A DNA stretch of 63,817 nt, filler included, from Lama guanicoe (GCA_013239625.1; 172 parts of 172 records of this genome joined end to end with filler, not necessarily neighbours in it), one strand, 5' to 3'; shown: positions 45,966 to 58,572, numbered from the whole stretch's first letter. Program-made: numbers and translations. The notes: generated by a model from the sequence alone, not told the origin.

Positions 45966-46660
45966 NNNNNNNNNNNNNNNNNNNNNNNNNNNNNNNNNNN
46001 NNNNNNNNNTTAATTAATTAANNNNNNNNNNNNNNNNNNNNNNNNNNNNNNNNNNNNNNNNNNNNGGATTGCTGGTAAAGAGGTAATTCTAGAGCTTCTA
46101 GTATTTTTACAACAGAAATGTATTATGTCTGTAATAAACAAAGCAACTAATCCTGAACTTAAAAACTAAACGAATTCATCAAATCTATTCAGATTCAATA
46201 CATAAGATCTTCTAGAGGCAAGTGTTGCTGAAAGACAGTTAGAAAAAAGGGCAAACATAATTTAACTAAGCATAAAAAAACACTTAAGTCTACACCAAGC
46301 CTCAAAATATCAGCAGATTTTTAGTAACATTCAACAANNNNNNNNNNNNNNNNNNNNNNNNNNNNNNNNNNNNNNNNNNNNTTAATTAATTAANNNNNNN
46401 NNNNNNNNNNNNNNNNNNNNNNNNNNNNNNNNNNNNNCCAGGGCTGTCCTCTCCACCGGGCTAGACTGCTTGTCTATGGTTCAAAGCCCGTCGCTACTTT
46501 CCACTGAGGAAGATCACTTTCAAAAATGGTCTCATGTGGATCTGAACTTCAGGAGAGTCCATCAGTTCTCTTCATTCAGGTCTGCTCAGCCTTGTTAGTG
46601 ACTGCAGGGTGGGGCAGGCAGCGTGGAATCAGGAGATGAGAATTCAGGCTTCAGGGAAGA

Positions 46661-46709
46661 GGAGGAGGGAGTGGCTCAAGTGGTAGAGTGCATGCTTAGC
46701 ATGCATGAG
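46661..46709 (+). mobile_element. Vic-1-type SINE 5' head (truncated by contig end)
   Basis: GGAGGGAGTGGCTCAAGTGGTAGAGTGCATGCTTAGCATGCATGAG. Confidence 0.8.
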
Positions 46710-47553
46710 NNNNNNNNNNNNNNNNNNNNNNNNNNNNNNNNNNNNNNNNNNNNTTAATTAATTAANNNNNNNNNNNNNNNNNNNNNNNNNNNNNNNNNNN
46801 NNNNNNNNNGAGGTAACAGGTGCCGGGAGGTGAGCTCTGATGGCATTTTCGTTTTGCAATTCCTGAACTCGGATCGTGTACGCCCAGAACCCTTTGCTAC
46901 AGCTGCTCTGATTTGGATTTCTATCACCTATAACCTGAATCTTCAGCGGGTTTTTAAAACTTGCGTATATGCCTTGTTTCTCCTCAAATAAGGAGCTGAA
47001 ATACTTTACACGAGCATGCTAAAATAATTCTCTTGAGTAAGAAACATTTATTTCGTAAGTCAAATAATCACTTTCGAATATNNNNNNNNNNNNNNNNNNN
47101 NNNNNNNNNNNNNNNNNNNNNNNNNTTAATTAATTAANNNNNNNNNNNNNNNNNNNNNNNNNNNNNNNNNNNNNNNNNNNNTATCTGAATAAGATGATCT
47201 TTAAGGATCTTTCATCAAAAATCTATGATGGTGTAAGGCTAGCAAGGAGCCCAGCAACTCAGTGATACCACATTTTAAGGAAGGGCATCTTTGGCAATGT
47301 GATGAAAGAGTTCAGTATCAAAGAGAATTAGTTGACTTTTCTAGTATTCTGCTATATATTAAATTTCATAAATATACAGAGAATAGTATGAAATTAATGT
47401 AAATAATAATGATTAGTCTTGGGACAAAAAGTAATGATTACGCTTGATCAAAANNNNNNNNNNNNNNNNNNNNNNNNNNNNNNNNNNNNNNNNNNNNTTA
47501 ATTAATTAANNNNNNNNNNNNNNNNNNNNNNNNNNNNNNNNNNNNNNNNNNNN

Positions 47554-47825
47554 ATTTGGTACACGTTTGTCTTCTTCATGGTTTCCACAGATTTCTGAGT
47601 CTGTTCACTTTCCTTCATTGGTTTTCTTTCTGTTCTTCACACTGGACATGCTCAGTTGACTTATCTTCAAGTTCACTGATTCTTTCTTCCAATAGCCCAA
47701 ATCAGATGTTTGTCTCTTTTGTAAATTTTTCATTTCAGTTTTCATACTTTTCAACTCCAGAATTTAAATTTGCATACTTTTTATACTTTCTATCACTTTA
47801 CTGATATTCCCTATTTGGTAAGATA
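47554..47825 (-). mobile_element. Old L1 ORF1-region fragment
   Basis: TTATCTTCAAGTTCACTGATTCTTTCTTC...TTTTTCATTTCAGTT...TTTCAACTCCAGAATTT is antisense L1M ORF1 sequence. Confidence 0.75.
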
Positions 47826-48297
47826 NNNNNNNNNNNNNNNNNNNNNNNNNNNNNNNNNNNNNNNNNNNNTTAATTAATTAANNNNNNNNNNNNNNNNNNN
47901 NNNNNNNNNNNNNNNNNNNNNNNNNTGTATTTCAAAGATTGAATCAAAACTTGTCCAAAAGTTTCTGATCATGCAAAAGAGGCAAAATGAGAGTCTCTTA
48001 AGCTAGTGTTTATGAAACGTTAGGGACCTGGCGTGGGAACAGGAGAGGGCAGGGCTCTTGGAAGGACACAAGACTGACTACTGCTCAGATGCTCATGAAC
48101 AAATGTACATATCTGCCCATAAAGAGCCGGACTGATTGTTTGAACTGAAAGCCCGGAATGAGGACATTCAGAGGGATATTTGATGTCACATCTCAGTNNN
48201 NNNNNNNNNNNNNNNNNNNNNNNNNNNNNNNNNNNNNNNNNTTAATTAATTAANNNNNNNNNNNNNNNNNNNNNNNNNNNNNNNNNNNNNNNNNNNN

Positions 48298-48569
48298 GAA
48301 AAAGAAAATCATATACAAATTCTATAATGCTAAAAGATAATAAAAGTGTATTATTAACAATTTTATTCCAGTGAATAAGAATACAGAAGCAGACCCACAC
48401 AAGTGAGGAAACCTGTTTTTTTGACAAGGTGGAAAGACAATTCAATGAAGGAAAAGTGGTCAGATCAGCAAATGATGCTGCAACAATTGGATATTCATAC
48501 ACAAATAACTGAAATTTGGGGTAAATGTAACACTTGTTAGAAAAATTTGAGGACAGCCTCAAAATGGAT
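48298..48569 (+). mobile_element. Old L1 ORF2 fragment
   Basis: AGACCCACAC...TTTTTGACAAGGTGGAAAGACAATTCAATG...AAATGATGCTGCAACAATTGGATATTCATA. Confidence 0.75.
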
Positions 48570-50529
48570 NNNNNNNNNNNNNNNNNNNNNNNNNNNNNNN
48601 NNNNNNNNNNNNNTTAATTAATTAANNNNNNNNNNNNNNNNNNNNNNNNNNNNNNNNNNNNNNNNNNNNTATAAAGTGCTCCTAAGGTGTTTCTGGGTTC
48701 GTTGCTCTTGTTGCTACCATTACTGAGATGGTTGTCGTCTTCCTAGAAACAAGGACGATCCTTGGTGTCCTTTCACAGCCCCCTTTACTCCTACCCAGCT
48801 CTGCACCTTGAACACAGCCTGTGCTCAATATATATCTAGTGAGAACTTACTTTCTCAAAGTTTTAATGGTCAAGTAAGATTTGGCTTGATTTAGCTTTAA
48901 AAACACTGTTGTTTTCCAAACTGAAGTCCGTGGCCAAATCTNNNNNNNNNNNNNNNNNNNNNNNNNNNNNNNNNNNNNNNNNNNNTTAATTAATTAANNN
49001 NNNNNNNNNNNNNNNNNNNNNNNNNNNNNNNNNNNNNNNNNAAAGAAATATTTCAAGGCCACTAGGGGAAGAAGTTAAATTCAAGAACGCAGCCAGGAAA
49101 AAGAAGAGACGAAAGCCTCGTGCATGAAAAGCACTTCACCTCCCCTGGAGGGACCTCAGAAAATACACTGGTCCATCCAGAAGCTAGGTGGTTAAAAATA
49201 TTTGACTCTCTTGGAAAGGATGGCCCCTAGAGCAGATATTCTGGAGGCAGAGAAGAGCAGAAGGGAATGTGAGGAAATCAGAAGAGGTCAAGTATAATTT
49301 GTTGAAATTAATCNNNNNNNNNNNNNNNNNNNNNNNNNNNNNNNNNNNNNNNNNNNNTTAATTAATTAANNNNNNNNNNNNNNNNNNNNNNNNNNNNNNN
49401 NNNNNNNNNNNNNAACACGTTCATGTGCTACACTTACATTTGCTATAAACAATAACATTAAAAATAAATTCAGTGCATTCAAAATTTTTGAATTATCACT
49501 GCAACTTTAATATATAGTATGAGTGTATTTAAATCCAACTAAGATTTAAGTACTAAATTTCATATACTGAGACTAACATAATAACCTTACTTAGTATTTT
49601 CCTGTCAGAAGATTTCTATAGTCTCAAATTGACCGACAAATTTAAATTTCTATGTCCAGAAATGACAGAGGGAAGACTAGTAGAANNNNNNNNNNNNNNN
49701 NNNNNNNNNNNNNNNNNNNNNNNNNNNNNTTAATTAATTAANNNNNNNNNNNNNNNNNNNNNNNNNNNNNNNNNNNNNNNNNNNNAGTTCCCCAAATCCT
49801 GGTGGGTTTAGGTGAAGGGGATTCCAGGGTAAAGACAGAGCTGGGAGATCCTTCTAAGTGTGCATCCCATTCAGTATCTGCCTCCCATCCCTTGCCAGCT
49901 CCAAAAGTTTAATTTTTAAACAATAACAAGAAGTCAGTCCTAGAGGGTGGAGACTGGCAGTAAAATTTCATAGAACTCTGAGACTGGCAATGAGTCATTC
50001 CCTGACTGAACTTGTCATTGTTGTTGCTGAGAGATGAGTGGGAAAGTGGGACATAGANNNNNNNNNNNNNNNNNNNNNNNNNNNNNNNNNNNNNNNNNNN
50101 NTTAATTAATTAANNNNNNNNNNNNNNNNNNNNNNNNNNNNNNNNNNNNNNNNNNNNAACACGAGCTTCTGTATTTTGCAAACTACCATCCTGGGGAGAG
50201 AGTGACGCCCTCTCCCAATTCTCATTAGGAGAGACCCCAGGAAAGAACGAGCCAGGTACCCACCCCCACCCCTGTCAGAGATGCCGTGGTGGCTCCTGGG
50301 GGTCCGTGCAGGTGGGAGGGATGGGCTAGAAGCTGGGCAGCGTGTCCCATAAAGAGATGAGGCCACTGGGGAGACAGCCCCAGATGCCCTTGGTCCCCTT
50401 CACTGAGCACACTCCTGCCTTAAGGCCTGNNNNNNNNNNNNNNNNNNNNNNNNNNNNNNNNNNNNNNNNNNNNTTAATTAATTAANNNNNNNNNNNNNNN
50501 NNNNNNNNNNNNNNNNNNNNNNNNNNNNN

Positions 50530-50790
50530 CCAGAGGGGAAGGGGTTGGAGGATGAGTAAAATAGGTGAGAGAAATTAAAAGGTACAAACTTCCAGTTACA
50601 GAAGAAATAAGTCATGGGGATGAAATGAAAAAAATGGGGAGTAGTCAATTATATTGTAATATCTTTGTATGGTGACAGAGGTAACTAGACACATCATGGT
50701 GATTATTTTGTAATGTACAGAAACATTAAATCACTATGCTGTGCAACTGGAACTAACATAGTCACGTGGGTAAATCACACTTCAGTTAAG
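50530..50790 (+). mobile_element. L1MA9/MA10-like 3' end
   Basis: AGGTACAAACTTCCAGTTA...AATAAGTCATGGGGATG...TTTGTATGGTGACAGA...AATCACTATGCTGTGCAACTGGAACTAACATA. Confidence 0.85.
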
Positions 50791-51645
50791 AAAACATATG
50801 TNNNNNNNNNNNNNNNNNNNNNNNNNNNNNNNNNNNNNNNNNNNNTTAATTAATTAANNNNNNNNNNNNNNNNNNNNNNNNNNNNNNNNNNNNNNNNNNN
50901 NGGACTCTAACGTATCTTTCGTGGGGACACAAGGCAACCCATAACACACACATTAAGTTTCACTTTATACTTTAGGTTTTAGGTTAAAATCAAAATTATA
51001 ATGTGGGAGAGAACAAAGTAGGATCCTAGTCTCATAGTGGTACCCAAGCCACTGGTGCTTGGTGACCTGTGTGTGTGAGGCCCTGTGCTGGGGCAAGAGA
51101 CTACTGAGGGCTGGAAATGGTGGCGGGACAGGAACGCAGGGAAGTCTCATTGACACAGATGATGGATGGAGTGNNNNNNNNNNNNNNNNNNNNNNNNNNN
51201 NNNNNNNNNNNNNNNNNTTAATTAATTAANNNNNNNNNNNNNNNNNNNNNNNNNNNNNNNNNNNNNNNNNNNNTACAATTATAAATGTGATTGTTTCCTT
51301 AAATTTTCCTTCTGATGGGTTACTATTAGTGTATAGAAATGCAACTGACTTTTGTACATTGATTTCAAAATGAACTTCACTGAATTTATTTACTTTAACA
51401 ACTGTTTAAGTGTTGTGGAAAATTGTAATGTTAAAATCTCACTGTTTCTTCTGCATCCCAGGTTGTGCACAGGATCCAAGACTCGGTGGCTCCTGATGTA
51501 CTCATCCCACAGTGCCTCTTAATAACAAGTGGAGTCCTACAAGGGNNNNNNNNNNNNNNNNNNNNNNNNNNNNNNNNNNNNNNNNNNNNTTAATTAATTA
51601 ANNNNNNNNNNNNNNNNNNNNNNNNNNNNNNNNNNNNNNNNNNNN

Positions 51646-51917
51646 TTCTAAAGGCAGCAAGAGAAAACCAGTTAGTTACAGGGAAACCTCCATAAGGCTA
51701 CTAGCTGATTCCTCTACAGAAATATTGCAGGCCAGAAGGGAGTGGGAAGATACATTCAAAGTCCTGAAAGGGGAAAACCTGCAACCTAAGATATTCAACC
51801 CAGCAGGATTATCATTTAGAATTGAAGGAGAGTTAAATAATTTCTCAGACAAGAAGAACTAGAAGATTACAGCAATACTAAACCTATCCTAAAAGAAATA
51901 TTGAAAGGTCTTCTCTA
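51646..51917 (+). mobile_element. L1 ORF1 C-terminal domain fragment (frameshifted)
   Basis: Translated segments LKAARE..., IRLLADSSTEILQARREWEDTFKVLK, NLQPKIFNPAGLSFRIEGE, KEILKGLL match L1 ORF1p. Confidence 0.93.
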
Positions 51918-52389
51918 NNNNNNNNNNNNNNNNNNNNNNNNNNNNNNNNNNNNNNNNNNNNTTAATTAATTAANNNNNNNNNNNNNNNNNNNNNNNNNNN
52001 NNNNNNNNNNNNNNNNNTACCTGTACCATCAAATAGATTTCATTATGATAGAGTGTGCATGTTATATTATCTGCAGCATGATACAGAATTCCATGTCTCT
52101 TCATGCATTCACATTCAAAAAATACTAAGATGCTTCTTCCATTTAAGACCTTATTCTAGGTGCTCCAGGAAATGCACAATTATGTTTCCTACTCTCTAGC
52201 GGAATATACTGATGCAGGGGCTATAAAATGAATATGTAAGTAACTATACTACAAAATGTCTGAAACTTGAAATTTTAGAATGGGACACGNNNNNNNNNNN
52301 NNNNNNNNNNNNNNNNNNNNNNNNNNNNNNNNNTTAATTAATTAANNNNNNNNNNNNNNNNNNNNNNNNNNNNNNNNNNNNNNNNNNNN

Positions 52390-52418
<29 letters not shown>
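52390..52418. repeat. (CA)n microsatellite at contig start
   Basis: Read directly. Confidence 0.95.
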
Positions 52419-52420
<2 letters not shown>

Positions 52421-52659
52421 CCATCTTCTTTATCCATTGATGGATGCTGAGGTTGCTTCCATATGTTAGCTATTGTAAATAATGTTGCAGTCAACATAGG
52501 GGTGCATATATCTTTTTGAATAGTGTTTTTGTTTTCTTTGGGTAAATACCCAGAAGTGGAATTATTTACCCAGAAGTGATTATTTACCCAGAAGTGGAAT
52601 TGCTGGGTCATATGATAGTTCTAGTTACAGTTTTTTGAGGAACCTACATACTGTTTTCC
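52421..52659 (-). mobile_element. L1 ORF2 C-terminal fragment with internal triplication of TACCCAGAAGTG
   Basis: Minus ORF YLPKENKNTIQKDICTPMLTATLFTIANIWKQP matches L1 ORF2. The motif occurs at 52547, 52567 and 52585. Confidence 0.9.
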
Positions 52660-52794
52660 NNNNNNNNNNNNNNNNNNNNNNNNNNNNNNNNNNNNNNNNN
52701 NNNTTAATTAATTAANNNNNNNNNNNNNNNNNNNNNNNNNNNNNNNNNNNNNNNNNNNNTCAAGTCCAAGTCTCCTCCACCTTCTTCACTTGGT

Positions 52795-53031
52795 ATTGTG
52801 ATGAGAACCCTTAACAGAAGGCCTACCCTCTTAGCCAAGATTTAAGTACACAATATGGCATTATTAACTACAGGTGCCATGCCCTGCAAAACTCTAGAAC
52901 TGATTCATCCTGCCTAACTGAAACTTTGAACATTTGACCATCACCTTCTTGTTCCTCCTCTCCACAGGCCCTGGCAACCACCCTTCTGCTCTTGTCTATG
53001 GGTTTGACTATTTTAGATTCCTCATATAAGT
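52795..53031 (-). mobile_element. L1MA-type 3' end
   Basis: TTAAGTACACAATA...TCTAGAACTGATTCATCCTGCCTAACTGAAACTTTG...CCCTGGCAACCACC...TTTAGATTCCTCATATAAGT. Confidence 0.85.
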
Positions 53032-53503
53032 NNNNNNNNNNNNNNNNNNNNNNNNNNNNNNNNNNNNNNNNNNNNTTAATTAATTAANNNNNNNNNNNNN
53101 NNNNNNNNNNNNNNNNNNNNNNNNNNNNNNNGTCATCAAAATACAGCTCTCAATTATCCACTGTTTTTATTCTTCTTATTAGAATGAAAATACTTATTAG
53201 AAATTTCCTTCTTAAAAAATTCCTGTGCATCATTTTCATTAAAAATCCCACCCATTTATTCTAAACTTATATTTTCACTAAAATTTAATAGCATCTCCTT
53301 TTACTTTAAAAATCCCTCAACCCTATTTTACATGTACGCTTCTCTCCATGTTTAAGAGTCAACCTGAAATAACCTGCACACAATTTCCTAAAGCACTATT
53401 TTANNNNNNNNNNNNNNNNNNNNNNNNNNNNNNNNNNNNNNNNNNNNTTAATTAATTAANNNNNNNNNNNNNNNNNNNNNNNNNNNNNNNNNNNNNNNNN
53501 NNN

Positions 53504-53775
53504 TCATTTTCCTTCCCAGCCTCACTGATTTACACTCTTCTGTCTTCCAGCATGCTTATCCATTTTTGTGTAACATTTAGTGTACTCTTGCTTCCTCTTA
53601 ATGTATTCTTCTTTGCAGTGTTGTATTCATCTCTGCTTGTTTGTAATTTAAAACATCTTACCTCTCACTCTGCCCATCCTTTCTTCTCCCTAGTTCCTTG
53701 ACATTTTTATGATCATTATCCTGAACTCTTTTTTGGTTAGATTGTCTATCTCCACTTCACTTAGTTTTTCTGGGG
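53504..53775 (-). mobile_element. L1 ORF1 N-terminal region (antisense)
   Basis: TTTATGATCATTATCCTGAACTCTTTTTTGGTTAGATTGTCTATCTCCACTTCACTTAGTT. Confidence 0.7.
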
Positions 53776-54699
53776 NNNNNNNNNNNNNNNNNNNNNNNNN
53801 NNNNNNNNNNNNNNNNNNNTTAATTAATTAANNNNNNNNNNNNNNNNNNNNNNNNNNNNNNNNNNNNNNNNNNNNAAATTAACACTTAAACTGAATGTAT
53901 GGGAGTAAATGCCATACTAATCATGATTTATTCAGTTAACATATATTCATCAGTATTCACTGTATCCCGTTCTGTGTAAAAACACACAAACACACACACA
54001 CACACAAGCCAACACAGTACTGCTGAAACAATAAGAACAAATAAAAACTGAATTATTTAAAGTTTGTAGGAATGTATTATTTTATTATATTAGCAAAAGG
54101 CAAAAGCAAAGTAATTAACAATAACTCTTCTGTTTGTTGGGGTTTTTNNNNNNNNNNNNNNNNNNNNNNNNNNNNNNNNNNNNNNNNNNNNTTAATTAAT
54201 TAANNNNNNNNNNNNNNNNNNNNNNNNNNNNNNNNNNNNNNNNNNNNTGCTTCAAAGCTTGAACAAAAACAAGCTACATTAACTATGAACTGTGGGTGTT
54301 TCCAGGAGAGAATGGGGAGTACCACTAGCTCCCTCTGGGAACTCTGTCAACAGATTAATTGTTTCTTAAATGGGGAGAGACATTTGTGGATATCTTTCCT
54401 GCCCATTTCAAGAAGGAAGGGCGTGATTCCACTTGATACCGCCTGTGATCTCAAATCAACATCCTGGGGTGTCCAATCTAGGCAACGAGTGAGACTATTT
54501 TCGATAACTTATGTGATTTNNNNNNNNNNNNNNNNNNNNNNNNNNNNNNNNNNNNNNNNNNNNTTAATTAATTAANNNNNNNNNNNNNNNNNNNNNNNNN
54601 NNNNNNNNNNNNNNNNNNNTGTAAGCTTTCTGAATGCTTTTACAATTAGCCTTTTGACTGGCAGGCTTGTTAGACGTACAGTCACTTGTCATTCCTGAA

Positions 54700-54891
54700 A
54701 TATATGTTCAGGCCAAAACGTTTGGGGTCATCCTTGACACATCTTTTGCACACCACGCTCCTCTAAGAACTCTGCCTTCAGAGTCTATCCAGACTCCCAA
54801 GCCTGCCTCACCACTTTCACTGTCTAAAACCTGTCTCACCAATTTCACTGTCTAAACTGCAGTCATCTCTCACCTGGATTTTTGCAGGAGC
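54700..54891. mobile_element. L2 LINE fragment
   Basis: CAGGCCAAAACGTTTGGGGTCATCCTTGAC...CATCTCTCACCTGGATT. Confidence 0.7.
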
Positions 54892-55139
54892 NNNNNNNNN
54901 NNNNNNNNNNNNNNNNNNNNNNNNNNNNNNNNNNNTTAATTAATTAANNNNNNNNNNNNNNNNNNNNNNNNNNNNNNNNNNNNNNNNNNNNAAGTACAGA
55001 AAATAAGTACTGGAGAAAGCCAAGGAGATTTGTCATTTTTGGATCTTGCTAATTTTGGCACGGCTGGGTTAATTCTTGTTAATGTAAATGGTGTGTATTA
55101 GCAAAAGGACTAAAACAGCAACTGAACTTAAAAAAAAAA

Positions 55140-55263
55140 TTTGGGGGGGGATGGTAATTAGGTTTACTTATCTAGTTATTTTTAGAGGATTGTCTGGGGA
55201 TTGAACCCCGGATCTTGTGTATGCTAAGCATGCGCTCTACCACTTGAGCTATACCCTCTCCCC
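55140..55263 (-). mobile_element. Vic-1-type SINE, near full length
   Basis: The reverse complement is GGGGAGAGGGTATAGCTCAAGTGGTAGAGCGCATGCTTAGCATACACAAGATCCGGGGTTCAATCCCCAG...AAACCTAATTACCATCCCCCCCC. Confidence 0.88.
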
Positions 55264-55894
55264 NNNNNNNNNNNNNNNNNNNNNNNNNNNNNNNNNNNNN
55301 NNNNNNNTTAATTAATTAANNNNNNNNNNNNNNNNNNNNNNNNNNNNNNNNNNNNNNNNNNNNAATAAAAGTAAAATAAAAATCAATACACTAATTATAT
55401 AACATTATTTTCAACTACACTAGTAATAAGCAAAACCTCAAAATTATGCATTATCATTCTATTATTGTGACCAAAAATAAACACACCTATATAAACACAC
55501 ATACAAACAACAAAAATCACACACAAAAAAACCAAAAAACATTTAACAGTATCACATGCAGTCATGGATATAGAATATTAGAATCCATAATCCACTAATA
55601 TTGAAATGTAAATTGTCAAAACTACTTTGAAGGACNNNNNNNNNNNNNNNNNNNNNNNNNNNNNNNNNNNNNNNNNNNNTTAATTAATTAANNNNNNNNN
55701 NNNNNNNNNNNNNNNNNNNNNNNNNNNNNNNNNNNCATCTCCCCATGACAAACATCACTAACCGGCCCTCTGGTCCCACCACTCGTTCTGGGATGGAGGA
55801 TTAGCCTCACCGTCTCTCCCAGGCAGTCGCCGCCAGGTAACGAGATGAGTGATGAACTCTGTGTGTGGTCCTGGACCTTAACCATGTTTCTTTA

Positions 55895-56007
55895 GTTAAA
55901 AGGGGATGAAAGGAGGTGTGAAGGGATACACTGGGAGCTGGGGATCTGCATATGTTAGCTGCTATACATGAAATAGATGAACAGCAAGTTTCTTCCTTAC
56001 GGCACAG
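55895..56007 (+). mobile_element. L1 3' UTR fragment
   Basis: GAAGGGATACACTGGGAGCTGGGATCTGCATATG...AAATAGATGAACAGCAAGTTTCT...GCACAG. Confidence 0.7.
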
Positions 56008-56107
56008 NNNNNNNNNNNNNNNNNNNNNNNNNNNNNNNNNNNNNNNNNNNNTTAATTAATTAANNNNNNNNNNNNNNNNNNNNNNNNNNNNNNNNNNNNN
56101 NNNNNNN

Positions 56108-56225
56108 TATAGCTCAACTGGTAGTGCAAATGCTTAGCATACTTGAGGTCCTGGGTTCAATCCCCACTACTTCCTCCAGGAATAAATAAATACTAAATAA
56201 ACCTAATTATCTCCCCCCCACCAAA
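56108..56225 (+). mobile_element. Vic-1-type SINE, near full length
   Basis: TATAGCTCAACTGGTAGTGCAAATGCTTAGCATACTTGAGGTCCTGGGTTCAATCCCCA...(AAAT)n...AAACCTAATTATCTCCCCCCC. Confidence 0.88.
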
Positions 56226-57595
56226 GATGTTACTCCACTATCTTATGACTTATATACTTTTCAATGAGAAGTCGGGTGTTATTCTTATCTATATTCTCTG
56301 TGTTATGTTATTCTCCTCAAACTCTCCCCACTGTACACACCCAGGCTGCTTTTAAGATTTTCTCTTTATAATTCGTCTANNNNNNNNNNNNNNNNNNNNN
56401 NNNNNNNNNNNNNNNNNNNNNNNTTAATTAATTAANNNNNNNNNNNNNNNNNNNNNNNNNNNNNNNNNNNNNNNNNNNNGGCTGTTTCTTCTGCTCATCT
56501 GTCTAAGCTGGTATTAATACTTCTGTTAGAAGGAAGTTGCTGCTTCTTTGCTACTTGATGGATGAGGCAGTCATAAGCTAATATTTATCCAGTTTTGCTC
56601 CATCTAAACCATGTGACTGGGAAAGGACACAGAGAGAAGCATTGACCAGATTTATGTTCCTCTTAGCTTGATGTGTCAGTCCTCTGACTGAAACTCTGGG
56701 AAGTAGGTTTAGGTCTGAGCAAAAATGTATGATGATTGGAGGTAAGGGGAGNNNNNNNNNNNNNNNNNNNNNNNNNNNNNNNNNNNNNNNNNNNNTTAAT
56801 TAATTAANNNNNNNNNNNNNNNNNNNNNNNNNNNNNNNNNNNNNNNNNNNNACCCAGAAACTTACACTTCTACCCAGACAGTTACTAAGTCTGATTGGTT
56901 CTGTGCTACAACTCCTGTGACCATTCGTTCCATCTTTTCCTTCCTACTGCTGTTGACTTAGTTTTGCCCCTGATTTTTCTCATGAATAATTGCAGTGATT
57001 TCCTACTTGGTTCCCTGCCTCTAATCTGAAATCTTACTATTCTTACTCTTGTCTCATCTACAGAGTGATACCAGTAGTAATTTTAATTTGTATTCAATAC
57101 AACTGACCTTGACACTTAAAAAANNNNNNNNNNNNNNNNNNNNNNNNNNNNNNNNNNNNNNNNNNNNTTAATTAATTAANNNNNNNNNNNNNNNNNNNNN
57201 NNNNNNNNNNNNNNNNNNNNNNNCTCGGATTTCTCTGCAGATGCTTCTCTATTGACATTCTTCTTAGTGTAAGGTCCCCATAATGTGGCATAATCTATCA
57301 GTCTATTCTGACGATTGGCGATTGGAACAGGACTTTCACTGTCTCCACTTATGTGGTGCCTAAGTTATTTTCTCATAGCTTTAATAAATATCAAAGTTGT
57401 TCACCTGAAACCAATGAGTCTTCTTCGCACTTTCTGCTGGACAAAGAAAACTGTTGCTTTTATTACGTTGCATTGACTAAATAACAAATGTCACGNNNNN
57501 NNNNNNNNNNNNNNNNNNNNNNNNNNNNNNNNNNNNNNNTTAATTAATTAANNNNNNNNNNNNNNNNNNNNNNNNNNNNNNNNNNNNNNNNNNNN

Positions 57596-57867
57596 AGGCG
57601 CGGCCTTGGCGTGTGGCCAGGCCCAGCGGGGTGCGCGGGGTGGGGCGGGGCCGCGGCCGTCGGCAGGCTGGTGTCCCAGCCCGGCCTCCCCCGCCTGCCC
57701 GCCGCCGGCCCACCGCCGCCCGCGCCTCCTCCTTCCCCCCAGCGGAGGCCCGGCGGAGCCCCCGCGGAGCCGACGCACCGCCGCCGGCCTGGGGAGGGCG
57801 CGGAGGGCGGGGGCGGGGCGCGCCCTCGCCCTCAGCCTCGCCCCCGCCCCGCCTCTGCCTGGCTGCC
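57596..57867. promoter_or_regulatory. CpG-island promoter fragment with several GC boxes
   Basis: Extreme GC/CpG content; GGGGCGGGG at about 57642 and 57810, and CCCCGCCCC at about 57842. Confidence 0.8.
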
Positions 57868-57967
57868 NNNNNNNNNNNNNNNNNNNNNNNNNNNNNNNNN
57901 NNNNNNNNNNNTTAATTAATTAANNNNNNNNNNNNNNNNNNNNNNNNNNNNNNNNNNNNNNNNNNNN

Positions 57968-58239
57968 AAGACTCACAGATGTAGAGTAGGAACTAGTGGG
58001 TACCAGTGGGGAGAAGGAAGGGGAGGGGCAAGATGGAGGTGGAGGACTAAGAGGTACAAACTATCAGGTGTAAAATAAGCTACAAGGATGTATGTACAAC
58101 ACGGGGAATATAGCCAATAATTTATAATCACTATCCCCTAACCTTTAAAAATTGAGAATCACTGTATTGTATACCTGTAACATATAATACTGTACATCAA
58201 CTATACTTCAGTTTAAAATTTTGGTATTGTAAAATAAAT
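57968..58239 (+). mobile_element. L1 3' UTR to terminus
   Basis: AGACTCACAGATGTAGA...AAATAAGCTACAAGGAT...ACGGGGAATATAGCCAATA...TACATCAACTATACTTCA. Confidence 0.9.
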
Positions 58240-58339
58240 NNNNNNNNNNNNNNNNNNNNNNNNNNNNNNNNNNNNNNNNNNNNTTAATTAATTAANNNNN
58301 NNNNNNNNNNNNNNNNNNNNNNNNNNNNNNNNNNNNNNN

Positions 58340-58572
58340 TCATCACATCTTCTCCTCTATACCAGACCTCCTCTGCCTCCCTCTTGTAAGGACATGTGTG
58401 ATTACAGCTCGGGTATACCCTGACCATCCAGGGTAGTGACCCCATCTCAAGATGCTTAGTTTAGTCACATCGGTGAGCCTTATTTTTTCTTTTTTGCCCT
58501 TCAGGGTCACATTCTCTCGTTCTGGGGACTAGGACACAGACAGCTTTGGGAGGACGGTTGTTCAGCCTCAAC
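58340..58572 (-). mobile_element. MLT1 LTR fragment
   Basis: CTCTGCCTCCCTCTTGTAAGGACATGTGTGATTACA...CCCATCTCAAGATGCTTA...GTCACAT...TTGTTCAGCCT. Confidence 0.75.

Noticed and set aside
55140..56225. Functional tRNA-Ala genes
   Set aside because: The heads carry stem-disrupting substitutions and continue into the shared SINE tail (AAAT)n-AAACCTAATTA-Cn, so they are SINE copies.
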